In this document: in pieces, positions 48,352 to 58,038 of the stretch
Layout of the letters: each line of letters opens with the position of its first letter
How positions within the stretch are numbered: position 1 is the first letter of the stretch
IMG/VR virus record: IMGVR_UViG_3300027608_000016
Location: 1 to 64,000 of that record
Direction: 5' to 3' (one strand)
Source of the DNA: a virus
DNA length: 64,000 bases
Translations under genes and position numbers: made by a program
The notes under the pieces: generated by a model
Database searches by the model: none
What the model was told of the DNA's origin: nothing
The model's input: only the letters and a program-made list of their open reading frames with translations

Positions 48352-49812
48352 TCAAATTTCACTTATTGGGGTTTCTTTGACTGGTATTTTCTCTTTTATG
48401 TATATCTTTAATCGTTCAGTATAATGTTCCCATCCATACCTTAACATATCAGCTATATCAAAAATATATGCCATCTCCTTAGATTGGTGCAGTCTCAAGC
48501 TTCTACCAATAGATTGTATTAATTTTATTTTAGCTTTTCCGATTGCAGCAAAAATAATATAATGCAAGTTTTTGATATTAATACCTGTGCTGAATATGTT
48601 GGATATTGCCACACACACAATATCATTTTCTGATTCCATCAACTTTCTTATGTTCTCACGATCTTCAATTTCGATTTTACCGTGTATGAAATAAACTCTT
48701 TTATTAGTTCCCTTCGATAGTAAATCATATAACAACTCACCGTGAACTATTCTATCTACCATAATCAAAACGTTTTTTTCTACCTTGTTCACTAATTTTA
48801 CAATAGTATTGTTTCTGAATTCATTATGGTGGAGAAAATCTATTTCTTCTTCATATGCTTCAGTAGGATTTAAATGATTAGGTTTCTTAAATTTTCTGCT
48901 AGGATCATAATGAACTTTAATAGTGGAAATAACAACCTTGGAAATCTGTTTATTGTTTCTCAATTCTTCGGATGTTTTGGTGTATATGACAGACCCGAAT
49001 ATTCCGTTGATGCACCACTTGTCCAGTTTAGATTCTGGTAAAGTCCCTGTCAATCCATAACGATATTTAGCAGGTATTTTAGATACTATCTTATTTATCT
49101 CGTTGCCGTGGCGGAACTTATGACACTCATCGCAAATCAATACATCAATCCTACTCAACCAAGAAATGTCCTGAGTTTCAGATTGAAGTATTTGAGTGTT
49201 CGTTATTACAATTTTAGTATTAGGGGATGCTCCTCCTTCCCAACAACTTATATCTTTCTCGCTTATTCCGTATTGTAAACATTCATCGTATGTTTGTTTC
49301 AACAGTTGTATGTTTGGAACTATCACTAATGTTATTACATCCTTTATTTGATTTCTAATTGATTCTATTAGAGTTGACAACACTAAAGTTTTACCAGCAG
49401 AAGTTGGTAAGATTATTACTCCATATCCTTTCTGCAAAGCAACAAGCACAGATTCCTTTTGGTAATCCCTTAAAGATATCCCCAATTTATCCAAGTTGTT
49501 TAATTTTATTATTTCACCCTTTAATGATGGAGGATTAACTATGTTTTTAAACTCCTCTGATAGTTCAATATTTATAGGTGTATCTAAAGTGTTTAGATAG
49601 TCTATCAGTTCATTATACATTCGTGGCTCAAACCTGCCTTGTGGTGTTATTACATAATTCCTAGAATGTATAGAATATCCTACACTGTATTTCTTTTTAT
49701 ATTTCTGATTTTTATCTTCAACTGAAAAATACTCACGAATATTCGAGAAATAATCCGATTCGATCATTCCTTTTCGTCTTCCAGTATCATAATCAATTTT
49801 AACATTAATCAT
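48352..49812 (-). CDS. uvsW: SF2 DNA helicase UvsW
   Basis: LRDYQ, PTSAGKT, DECH, GLTGT, QSIGRSLR. Confidence 0.95.
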   Translation of the reverse strand: MINVKIDYDTGRRKGMIESDYFSNIREYFSVEDKNQKYKKKYSVGYSIHSRNYVITPQGRFEPRMYNELIDYLNTLDTPINIELSEEFKNIVNPPSLKGEIIKLNNLDKLGISLRDYQKESVLVALQKGYGVIILPTSAGKTLVLSTLIESIRNQIKDVITLVIVPNIQLLKQTYDECLQYGISEKDISCWEGGASPNTKIVITNTQILQSETQDISWLSRIDVLICDECHKFRHGNEINKIVSKIPAKYRYGLTGTLPESKLDKWCINGIFGSVIYTKTSEELRNNKQISKVVISTIKVHYDPSRKFKKPNHLNPTEAYEEEIDFLHHNEFRNNTIVKLVNKVEKNVLIMVDRIVHGELLYDLLSKGTNKRVYFIHGKIEIEDRENIRKLMESENDIVCVAISNIFSTGINIKNLHYIIFAAIGKAKIKLIQSIGRSLRLHQSKEMAYIFDIADMLRYGWEHYTERLKIYIKEKIPVKETPISEI

Positions 49813-49813
49813 A

Positions 49814-50242
49814 TTATGTCGTCTCCATTTTAACTATTTCTATCAAATTTTTTAAATCATAACTTGTCGATCTAAAATTAGCTTCTATTTTAGAAAGATA
49901 ATCAATTAGAAGTTCTTCTTCTATTACCTTTTCGTCTATCTTTTTAACTATTTCATTTTCTTCAGCAGCATCTTTCATGGTTTTTTGATGCGTTCCTATT
50001 GGCAAATCTTTTTTCAATTTGTCTGTTATTATCTTAATAGCCTTTTTTCTTTGTTTCTGAAGGTTTATTATTTCGCTTTTATGCAACATCAATCGACCAA
50101 CCCAATAATGTCTTTGGTTGGGTAAATCCATTTGAATGTCTTTCATGTTAAATTCATCTATCTTAACAGCTTTACCTATTTTTTCGTGATATTCCTCTAA
50201 ACGCTCTTTCAAGGTTTTTTCTTTTTGATTAGAATCTTCCAT
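49814..50242 (-). CDS. uvsY: Recombination mediator UvsY-like
   Basis: Helical protein next to uvsW; KIDEFN, YDLKNLIE. Confidence 0.7.
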   Translation of the reverse strand: MEDSNQKEKTLKERLEEYHEKIGKAVKIDEFNMKDIQMDLPNQRHYWVGRLMLHKSEIINLQKQRKKAIKIITDKLKKDLPIGTHQKTMKDAAEENEIVKKIDEKVIEEELLIDYLSKIEANFRSTSYDLKNLIEIVKMETT

Positions 50243-50298
50243 AAGTATATAAGAATTATACCACAGTTTATAATAAAATCCACTAAATATTAGTAATT

Positions 50299-50574
50299 AT
50301 GATTAAAAATTTTACACAACTAGTTAATGATGTGATAGAAGAGAATATTACATCAGGTGTCGCTTTCGGAACACCTTCTATAATAGGTGGGGTGCCAGAT
50401 CAATTTTCAGGGGATACATATGCAAAAGGGGATAGTAGGAAACCATTTGGTATGGGAAAAGTAATCAAAAGAAAGTTCCCTGAAAATATTATAATTGGAC
50501 AAAAAGGGAAAAAGAAGTCAAAAAAGAAGTCAAAAAAGAAGTCAAAAAAGAACAAAAAACGTAAAAGTCCATAA
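50299..50574 (+). CDS. Small protein with Lys-rich tail
   Basis: DTYAKGDSRKP core plus a (KKKS)x3 tail encoded by a 12-bp repeat; TAAATA upstream. Confidence 0.7.
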   Translation: MIKNFTQLVNDVIEENITSGVAFGTPSIIGGVPDQFSGDTYAKGDSRKPFGMGKVIKRKFPENIIIGQKGKKKSKKKSKKKSKKNKKRKSP

Positions 50575-50707
50575 TCTGTGATCTTCAAACTCCCCGAAGT
50601 TCTTAAAGAACATTTAACGTCGATTTTTGATTTGTCAAGCGACTCAAACGAAAAAAGTTGAAAAAAGTTAAAATAGTTGTAAGTAGTTAAATATAAACAA
50701 ATTACAT

Positions 50708-51151
50708 ATGGAATGGGAAAATATACCAGCAGATATAGAAAATTGGTTTGGCTTCGTTTACTGCATTGAAAGGTTGAATGCAGAACAGGGAGAGAAACGC
50801 TTTTATTGGGGTTGTAAGCAGTTCATTAAGAGAACTAAGATGCCTCCACTAAAAGGCAAGAAGAGGAAGCGTAAAAAGGTGTCCGAATCAGATTGGAGAG
50901 ACTATTATGGTAGTAGTGAAGAGTTGAAAAAGGATGTAGAGAAACACGGAAAGGAAAACTTTAGACGTATTATATTGAAACTATGCACTTGTAAATGGCA
51001 AATAAAATACGAGGAACTTAAAATACAGATAGATAATAATGTCCTTTTTAGAGATGACGCATACAACGGGATCGTAAATGCACGTATAGGCTGTGTGCCC
51101 AAAGATTTAAAAAAACACTACGAACATTTAAATCGTGGACAAAGTATTTAA
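50708..51151 (+). CDS. GIY-YIG-like nuclease-fold protein
   Basis: GFVYCI...YWGCK, YYGSS, FRRIIL, YN. Confidence 0.7.
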   Translation: MEWENIPADIENWFGFVYCIERLNAEQGEKRFYWGCKQFIKRTKMPPLKGKKRKRKKVSESDWRDYYGSSEELKKDVEKHGKENFRRIILKLCTCKWQIKYEELKIQIDNNVLFRDDAYNGIVNARIGCVPKDLKKHYEHLNRGQSI

Positions 51152-51181
51152 ACCTGTTATAATTGTTAAATATAATAAGTT

Positions 51182-51772
51182 ATGAATCATTTAAGTCGAT
51201 GTGTATTTTGCAGTTCAACCTCCTATGGTAGGGGATGTAGGTATTCCACAAACGGAGTGCATTTTCATCCAGACGATTCAAAAAAATGCTCTTATTGTGG
51301 TTCAACCTCTTATGGAAAGGGATGTAGGTATTCTACTAATGGAGTGCATATTCATGGTATAAACTATAACAGCATGTTGAAAGAGAGGATGGAAGAAGTG
51401 CTAACAAACAAACTATTGTTAACAGAGCTTAAAAAACCGTTCACAGAGTTTGATGCATATAGATTGGGGTTAATAAACGAAAAGGGAAATAAACTGAAAG
51501 AACCCATAACAGAAGAGGAGAACATGGCAATGTCACCAGCCAATAGAACCCTTTTCCAAATTAAGAGATTTTTAGGTTCCAAAATAGAGTTGATAGAAAA
51601 CATGGAAATATTAGAAAATCAAAAGCTTTTAAATTTCTCTGTTGAGAAGTATGAGAAGATTTTAGAATATGAAACAAAAATAAACAAGATTTTTGAAGAT
51701 TTTCATTCGTTGATACATGAAGCGGAACAAGATAACATATCATTTGAAATATTGGAAGCTCTGATAAAATGA
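51182..51772 (+). CDS. Hypothetical protein with two Cys/His repeats
   Basis: CxxCxSTSYGxGCRYSTNGVHxH twice (29-aa period), then PFTEFDAYRLGLINEKG. Confidence 0.75.
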   Translation: MNHLSRCVFCSSTSYGRGCRYSTNGVHFHPDDSKKCSYCGSTSYGKGCRYSTNGVHIHGINYNSMLKERMEEVLTNKLLLTELKKPFTEFDAYRLGLINEKGNKLKEPITEEENMAMSPANRTLFQIKRFLGSKIELIENMEILENQKLLNFSVEKYEKILEYETKINKIFEDFHSLIHEAEQDNISFEILEALIK

Positions 51773-52338
51773 AATTAAATTATAAAGAATTTGATAAATC
51801 TAGAGTTTGTGTAATTGACTCTTTCCCAATACTGTATAAATCCATTCAAGATGTTATTTATACGTGTGAAACAAACAATATCCCTTTCAATTTCATAGGG
51901 AGGGGTTCAGGGGATGTGCATAATTTATTCTATCATTTTTGCATAGAGAATATTTTCTATGCTCATAAAAACTGCAAGTCCAAGTATCCAAAGGTTCTGT
52001 TGTTATACCCATTCATGAACTATCAGAAAAACCATAAAATAGCTAACTTTTTCGCAAACAGTAAAATTTTCGAAAAGCTTTTAAAGGTTATTCCCTTCCC
52101 TTATTGTAAATGCTCCACATACAACGACAAGGAGATGGAATCTGCTGCTATATCTACTATTGAAAAACATAGAATAGACTATAACAAGATAACCAAATTC
52201 GCAAACGTTAAAAAACTTACTAGCATATTGAAAAAATTTAAACAGCAGAAACAATTTAGTCATGGGTTTATAGATAATGAAGAACTTGAACTTCAACCCC
52301 CTGAATTGCCTATAGAAAAAAACAATACAAAAGGATAA
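51769..52338 (+). CDS. Hypothetical protein
   Basis: Start overlaps the upstream stop. Confidence 0.7.
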   Translation: MKLNYKEFDKSRVCVIDSFPILYKSIQDVIYTCETNNIPFNFIGRGSGDVHNLFYHFCIENIFYAHKNCKSKYPKVLLLYPFMNYQKNHKIANFFANSKIFEKLLKVIPFPYCKCSTYNDKEMESAAISTIEKHRIDYNKITKFANVKKLTSILKKFKQQKQFSHGFIDNEELELQPPELPIEKNNTKG

Positions 52339-52348
52339 ATAGTGTTAT

Positions 52349-52612
52349 ATGAGTAAATTTGAACAAATCTTTGAACGTGTAAACGCAGAACTAGAAGAGG
52401 GGTATACATCTCCTGCGCCAACTCCTGCGCCAACCACTGGTGCTCCGACAACACCAGCAACACCAACTACTCCTCCAGTAGCAGGAACAAAGCCTCCTAC
52501 AACTACATACGATTCTACTCATCCAGCTATTCAAAACATAGCTAAAGAGACAGACCCTAATAAGATATTGAAGATGTTTCAAGATTTGAAAATTGCCTTA
52601 CCGCCTAAATAA
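52349..52612 (+). CDS. Pro/Thr-rich putative virion protein
   Basis: MSKFEQIFE N-terminus; TAAATA 7 nt upstream. Confidence 0.7.
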   Translation: MSKFEQIFERVNAELEEGYTSPAPTPAPTTGAPTTPATPTTPPVAGTKPPTTTYDSTHPAIQNIAKETDPNKILKMFQDLKIALPPK

Positions 52613-52643
52613 TAGTTGAAATAGGAGTTATACGTGTTATAAT

Positions 52644-52940
52644 ATGTTCAATATGAATAACACATCATCTAATGAAATAATAGAATTATCTTTAACTAAA
52701 AAACAATGCAATGCCATTTTAGAAGCTTTGCTATTCTCTTCATCGGTTGATATATGTAGTGATTGGAAGGAAAAGCAATCAAAATTAGCAATCAATACAG
52801 TTAAAGATATAAACAAACAATTAAAAAACGATATAAATCTCGAAAATATATATCTGTTTAAAAACGAAGAGTATCATGATACTATAACAGAAGATATAGT
52901 TAAAGAACTATCAGGCTTTATAAGAGAAGAACACATCTAA
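52644..52940 (+). CDS. Hypothetical protein
   Basis: Promoter TTGAAA-N16-TATAAT at 52616-52643; the true start may be 52653. Confidence 0.65.
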   Translation: MFNMNNTSSNEIIELSLTKKQCNAILEALLFSSSVDICSDWKEKQSKLAINTVKDINKQLKNDINLENIYLFKNEEYHDTITEDIVKELSGFIREEHI

Positions 52941-52941
52941 C

Positions 52942-53136
52942 ATGAGTGAAGCGTATTACTTGTTCTTAGATGATGAACGAGATTTAAAAAATGTTAAATG
53001 GGTGGAGTTACCAAAAGATTATAGAAAATGGTATGTAGTTAATTCCATGAATCCAATAGGTAAGGAAAACATAATTTCATACATAGAACAATTTGTATCC
53101 CATCACGGCTTAAAAAGATTAGAAAATCTGTATTGA
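52942..53136 (+). pseudogene. Internally deleted receiver-like (LFLDDER...SMNPIG) protein
   Basis: N- and C-terminal motifs of a common phage receiver-fold family are juxtaposed without the central DHDLG segment. Confidence 0.5.
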
Positions 53137-53167
53137 AATTCTCAGAGATAACGTTTAAATATAAAAT

Positions 53168-53803
53168 ATGAAAATAGCCTTTGTCAGCACTCATAGCAAC
53201 GGGAAAACTAAATTAGTTGAAGACTTTCTTCAAAGATGGCCAATGTATAAAAGAACAGAGTTCCAATATAGAGACGCCATAAAGGATAAAAAATTAAAAC
53301 TGAACCAAAAAGGCGATAAAAAAAGTCAGAAGATTATACTGGATGCGATGATTGACGAAATTCAATCAGCATCAGCATCCAACGATGAATTCATGGTTTT
53401 TGATGGATGTATAGTGGAAAATGTGGCATATTCTCTTTGGCTGAACTCTCAAGGTCTTGGTAAAGTAGATGATGATTTCATAAATGATTCTCGCGTGATA
53501 ATAAATCAAACCATTAAACAATTTGATTTGATTTTCTTCTCTCCATTAAGAGAAGAAATTAAATTGGGTAGAAAGGTATGTGACGAGAATCTTTCATACA
53601 GAAAAGAAATAAATTATATATTAGATGCTATGGTCAGCACATACGATAAAAATAAGGGCATATATTTCCCCATAAATGACTGTCCAGCAGTGATTAGACT
53701 TGAAGGCCCACCAGATTTGAGGGTGGAACAACTACATTTATACATTAAAAATAATGGCAAATGTTTCGGGGAAGAAGATGGAAGTTTAATCACCGCGCCA
53801 TAA
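53168..53803 (+). CDS. P-loop nucleotide kinase-like protein (AAA_28/NadR-like)
   Basis: KIAFVSTHSNGKT, VFDG, FDLIFF. Confidence 0.7.
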   Translation: MKIAFVSTHSNGKTKLVEDFLQRWPMYKRTEFQYRDAIKDKKLKLNQKGDKKSQKIILDAMIDEIQSASASNDEFMVFDGCIVENVAYSLWLNSQGLGKVDDDFINDSRVIINQTIKQFDLIFFSPLREEIKLGRKVCDENLSYRKEINYILDAMVSTYDKNKGIYFPINDCPAVIRLEGPPDLRVEQLHLYIKNNGKCFGEEDGSLITAP

Positions 53804-53830
53804 TATCACTAAAAACAATAAATATATAAT

Positions 53831-54067
53831 ATGTCTAATTCATTAAAAAATATTTACACTAAACAGGTTTTATTAAAAGAAGAGGGTGTCAAAACCTCCA
53901 AATTGGAAGATTCCGATCTGACAAAATCTAGAGATGTTTTATCTACTTCAATGAAAAACATTATAACGATGATAGATAAACCTACAGATAAAATAGAAGA
54001 GTTGTTGGAGTATATTCGTGAGGAAGCTATGACTGCCATGATTGATTCTGGTGTAGAAAAAGACTAG
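53831..54067 (+). CDS. Hypothetical protein
   Basis: TAAATA 6 nt upstream. Confidence 0.65.
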   Translation: MSNSLKNIYTKQVLLKEEGVKTSKLEDSDLTKSRDVLSTSMKNIITMIDKPTDKIEELLEYIREEAMTAMIDSGVEKD

Positions 54068-54113
54068 ATTGTTATTGACTTTATGGTTGGAAGAGGTAGA
54101 ATACCTGTCCAAT

Positions 54114-54350
54114 ATGAAAATAAACAATACAATCGTAATCAAATCAATCCAAGATATTGCAGGAGTTAAAACATCTCTCGCAAATGCATCCAGAGAAGTT
54201 AAAAGTTTTCTAGTGGAGAATTATATAAACCATTCGAAATACACCTTTTTGGGGTGTGTAGATAGAACTTGTGACGCTATTCTCGTTGCTAGATATCATA
54301 ATGTTAGAGATTTCGGTGGTCGATTTGCCAAAGTTAAAATTGCTCGATAA
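54114..54350 (+). CDS. Hypothetical protein
   Basis: Start reassigned to the ATG after promoter TTGACT-N16-TAGAAT (54075-54102). Confidence 0.6.
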   Translation: MKINNTIVIKSIQDIAGVKTSLANASREVKSFLVENYINHSKYTFLGCVDRTCDAILVARYHNVRDFGGRFAKVKIAR

Positions 54351-54428
54351 ACAGGTGTAAAACCATAATAATAAAGATTTTATATGACGCCTTCTCCTTT
54401 TTTAAAAGACGTTTGTATAATTAAAGGT

Positions 54429-54998
54429 ATGGCGAAACCCGAAAAACCGAAGAAAAATGAAGATGATACAACACGTTTAAATCCTAGGAAAAATTCCATA
54501 ACATGCATTTTAACTGGTAAAGTATTCAATTACAGTAAAGCCAAATTAGAAAAGGAAGCGAAGAAATTAAAATTTTCCACAGTCGAAGAATATGTTGAAT
54601 ATTACATATGCAAAGACGCTAGAAAACTTTTAAAAGAGGGATTCAAAGAGGGAGACATAAGAAAGAAATATAGTTGCGAAATATCTAAATATATACCTTT
54701 AAACATATTGAAATGTTACGTTAAAAAATTCAAAAACAGAGAGAAAATTGAACGTAAACAGAAGAAAGCACTGATTAAAGATATAATAGAAAGTAATAGC
54801 AGAACCATAGAAAACTACTCTATCAATCGTGATGTTAAAAGAGATTCATACGATCTTAATAAAGCAGAGCATGTTGCTATTTTGACAAGGGGTGCATGTT
54901 GGCGACCCGATTACTATCTTGATAATGATAGAACTTGCGTAGTGTGTCCACTCTTTAAAGATTGTGAATGTAGAATAAAAAAGATGCCCAAAAAATAA
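54429..54998 (+). CDS. Basic Cys-containing hypothetical protein
   Basis: CILTG, YICKDAR, C-terminal CWRPD...CVVC...CEC; TATAAT 7 nt upstream. Confidence 0.7.
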   Translation: MAKPEKPKKNEDDTTRLNPRKNSITCILTGKVFNYSKAKLEKEAKKLKFSTVEEYVEYYICKDARKLLKEGFKEGDIRKKYSCEISKYIPLNILKCYVKKFKNREKIERKQKKALIKDIIESNSRTIENYSINRDVKRDSYDLNKAEHVAILTRGACWRPDYYLDNDRTCVVCPLFKDCECRIKKMPKK

Positions 54999-54999
54999 T

Positions 55000-55806
55000 A
55001 TGTTCAAAGATTTATTAAGTTTACAAGTTTTTAATAAGATTACATTTTTTGAAAAGGGTCACAAATACACAGTAGATGGGAAACTTGCTCCAATGTCAGT
55101 TTCTAAATTGATTGGATGTTACGAACCAGAATTCGCCACAGACGAGATATCAAAAAGAAAGGCACATCAATTGGGCGTATCACAAGAAGAGATACTTGAA
55201 ATATGGAGAATAAAAAACCTGTTTTCCACACAACAGGGAACAATACTACACTATTACATAGATAATTATTTCAGGAATAGAATATCTTCCTTTGAAGACA
55301 TTGATAAAAATCACGACTCTTTTGACGCAGAAACGAAAAGTAAACTGAGAAACAATTTAAAAATCCTGATAGGATATTTCGATAATTTCTATAACGATCA
55401 TAAACACCTTTTACCGATTAAAAACGAATTCGTGTTGGGAGACATAGACGACACTAATATTTGTGGAACGTTAGACCTTTTAGTTTATAACACTCGAATA
55501 GGGGAATATGAAATATATGATTTCAAAACCAATAGAGAGTTTAAAATGAAAAGCGAATACAATAATAAATTTCTAGAACCAGTATCGCATTTGGATGTCT
55601 GTGAAAATGATATATATGCTCTGCAAATGTCCTTGTATCAATTGCTTTTGGAAAAGTATACAACCATAAAGATTGCAGGTAATTATGCCGTTTGGTTTTA
55701 TTCCAAGAATGATAATTATAAAATCTTTAAAATGGAAGATAGAAGAAAAGAAGCTGGTCTATTGCTTCAACATGTAAAATCCACTATTTCAATTTCAAAA
55801 CAGTGA
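55000..55806 (+). CDS. PD-(D/E)XK exonuclease
   Basis: HKY, SVS, GTILH, E...GTLD...DFKT, YALQMSLY. Confidence 0.85.
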   Translation: MFKDLLSLQVFNKITFFEKGHKYTVDGKLAPMSVSKLIGCYEPEFATDEISKRKAHQLGVSQEEILEIWRIKNLFSTQQGTILHYYIDNYFRNRISSFEDIDKNHDSFDAETKSKLRNNLKILIGYFDNFYNDHKHLLPIKNEFVLGDIDDTNICGTLDLLVYNTRIGEYEIYDFKTNREFKMKSEYNNKFLEPVSHLDVCENDIYALQMSLYQLLLEKYTTIKIAGNYAVWFYSKNDNYKIFKMEDRRKEAGLLLQHVKSTISISKQ

Positions 55807-56122
55807 AATATATAATCAATGTTGTTATATATACTGGAAAGGCGTTAATGTCTCTCTCCAATAGAATTGACAATATCATACCTAAACATACAGGACAAGA
55901 TATCAATTTAATGAAAAATTTGCATACTCTGTTTTCCACCACTAAACGTTTAGAGAAAATATATTGATGTATCGGTTTGTTTTCACCGTTTTCTAGAAAA
56001 TCTTTTATCAGAAAATCTAATTTAAACAATTTCAGATATTCCACTAAGGAATCCGTATTAAACCATAAAAACAATATGGTTGAAACTATACAAGCATCTT
56101 TAAAAATGTATTCCACTATCAT
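55784..56122 (-). CDS. Small membrane protein with CPVC motif
   Basis: Hydrophobic segments and KLISCPVCLG. Confidence 0.6.
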   Translation of the reverse strand: MIVEYIFKDACIVSTILFLWFNTDSLVEYLKLFKLDFLIKDFLENGENKPIHQYIFSKRLVVENRVCKFFIKLISCPVCLGMILSILLERDINAFPVYITTLIIYFTVLKLK

Positions 56123-56187
56123 ATATATCGAAATATCACTTAATTTCAAGAAAATTGGTGTATCTGAGATAAATAATCTTACTACAT

Positions 56188-56616
56188 ATGAAATTTGACG
56201 CTCTTTACAAGAAAATATACGAACAGGAAGGTGGGGTTCCTAATCCTAATGATATTAAGGTTGAACCTGCACCAGTTCCAACGTCAGTTCAACCAGTAAA
56301 CGGAGAAATTCCTCCTAGTGCTGATGCAAACGGTGCTGCTGGCGCAAAAACCCTTATTGATTACGTTACATTGCTAGACAATGCAATAGATGCCCTAAAC
56401 GGAACAGAAACCGATTCTTTACAGCGTTTACTGAAGGTTTTGGACAAACAAGGAACAGCTTTTGAGGGCATATCCGATGAACTATGGCACGAAATAAACC
56501 GCGCTGCTGAATCAATTGTTGGTGTCACCACAATGCTAAAGGGTTATATTAACCTTTACGCACCAGAAACGGCTGCTGCTCCTGCTCCTGCTCCAGAACA
56601 ACCAATAGAACAATAA
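56188..56616 (+). CDS. Hypothetical, putative virion/internal protein
   Basis: MKFDALYKKIYEQE N-terminus; TAAATA upstream. Confidence 0.7.
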   Translation: MKFDALYKKIYEQEGGVPNPNDIKVEPAPVPTSVQPVNGEIPPSADANGAAGAKTLIDYVTLLDNAIDALNGTETDSLQRLLKVLDKQGTAFEGISDELWHEINRAAESIVGVTTMLKGYINLYAPETAAAPAPAPEQPIEQ

Positions 56617-56676
56617 CGCTGATTCTCTTGCTGCTACCGATTGCTGGCGGCTGAGTCCTGAGAGGATGCTTATATC

Positions 56677-56704
56677 TTGATTTTCTACAAACATGTGTTA
56701 ACAT
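56677..56704 (+). promoter_or_regulatory. sigma70-type promoter TTGATT-N16-TAACAT
   Basis: 6 nt upstream of the primase ATG. Confidence 0.6.
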
Positions 56705-56710
56705 GTTCAT

Positions 56711-57706
56711 ATGGAACTCCCATATAGTTATATAATACAACAAATCTACACCTATTGTAGAAGACCATTATATAAAAAATCTAATGGGATATACAATGCA
56801 GAGTGTTGTATTTGCAATGAAGGCACTAGCAGTGGTAAAAAAAGAAGGTTGTTTTATTACCCTAAAGAACATAGATTTCAATGTTTCAATTGTTCTAAAT
56901 CTTGGACTGAAATAAATTGGTTGAAATTGGTTAGTCGTAAAAGCTTTTTAGATATCAAAAAGGAGTCGGCAAGTTACGAAAATACACCAACTACTCATAT
57001 AGACACGAGTAAAACTGAAGAAAGACAGATACCTCCAATACCTTTTGACAGTGTTAATTTAACAGATAATGAATCTTGTGAGTTTTATATCAACAAAGGA
57101 GGAAAATATTCAGCTATAAAAAAGGCTATAGAATATTGTAATAAACGAAGATTGTTTACTGCTATTAACAAACCCAAGTCTATATATTTCTCGTTTAATG
57201 ATTTTATACATAAGAACAGAATAATAATACCGTTTTATTCTATGGACGGTAAGGTGTCTTATTATCAAAGTAGAACATTAAATTCTGATGAATATCCGAA
57301 ATATTTGAGTAAAGGTGGATGTAAAACATTATACGGAATTTACAATGTAGATGTAGATATTCCGTATTTGTTTTTATTTGAAGGTGCTATTGATGCAATG
57401 TTCGTGAAGAATGGATTAGCAATGTCAGGATTAGAATTAACATTAGAACAATCCAAGGAACTTTCGAGATTCTTAGGAATGGAGGTAATCTATGTGTTCG
57501 ACAACGATAAAGACAATAAAGAGGTAGCAGATAAAATCCGTAAAGCTATTAAGTCAGGTAAAAGAATTTTCGTGATGCCAGATAAATTCGACAAATATAA
57601 AGACATAAACGAAATTTGCACCAGTTTAAAGATAGACGAATTCCCTTGGAAGTTTATAGTAGAAAACTCGTATGAGGGTGCTAGAGCCTTATTGAAGTCA
57701 GGATAA
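56711..57706 (+). CDS. gp61: DNA primase, gp61-like
   Basis: CCIC...CFNC Zn domain, RIIIPF, PKYL, FEGAIDAMF, FDND, KDINE. Confidence 0.95.
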   Translation: MELPYSYIIQQIYTYCRRPLYKKSNGIYNAECCICNEGTSSGKKRRLFYYPKEHRFQCFNCSKSWTEINWLKLVSRKSFLDIKKESASYENTPTTHIDTSKTEERQIPPIPFDSVNLTDNESCEFYINKGGKYSAIKKAIEYCNKRRLFTAINKPKSIYFSFNDFIHKNRIIIPFYSMDGKVSYYQSRTLNSDEYPKYLSKGGCKTLYGIYNVDVDIPYLFLFEGAIDAMFVKNGLAMSGLELTLEQSKELSRFLGMEVIYVFDNDKDNKEVADKIRKAIKSGKRIFVMPDKFDKYKDINEICTSLKIDEFPWKFIVENSYEGARALLKSG

Positions 57707-57710
57707 GGTG

Positions 57711-58022
57711 TTATTTGCCCTCTTCTGAGTCTTCTACAGCCTCTTCTGAGGGTAATATAGCTTCTGGAATGTCAGTGGAGCGTAAATCCCCATCAAAGCC
57801 ATTTAATCGAAAATCTACAGCTTTCGTGAATTTCTCACGGAGATTTTTAATTGGACGCATCTCTCCATTCTCTTCTATGACTTTAAGGCGATTATATTCG
57901 GATTTGAGAGATTCTAAGAACTCTTTGGAGAATTTCATTTCTCTTGGGTATATAGTTCTTTTTATTAATTTTAATGATGTTGGGTATGTGCTTTCAAAAA
58001 GCTCTGTGAATTTATCAGTCAT
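57711..58022 (-). CDS. Hypothetical protein
   Basis: Probable start MTDKFTELFES. Confidence 0.6.
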   Translation of the reverse strand: MTDKFTELFESTYPTSLKLIKRTIYPREMKFSKEFLESLKSEYNRLKVIEENGEMRPIKNLREKFTKAVDFRLNGFDGDLRSTDIPEAILPSEEAVEDSEEGK

Positions 58023-58038
58023 ATTTTTATTGTTTAGT

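Noticed and set aside
55000-55806. Cas4 / CRISPR-associated nuclease
   Set aside because: It lacks the four-Cys Fe-S arrangement and there are no cas genes or array nearby; treated as a generic PD-(D/E)XK exonuclease.
56630-56651. GC-rich hairpin gctgcta-N8-tggcggc after ORF 56188-56616
   Set aside because: Only 7 bp with two G-U pairs and no U tract; not enough to call a terminator or ncRNA.
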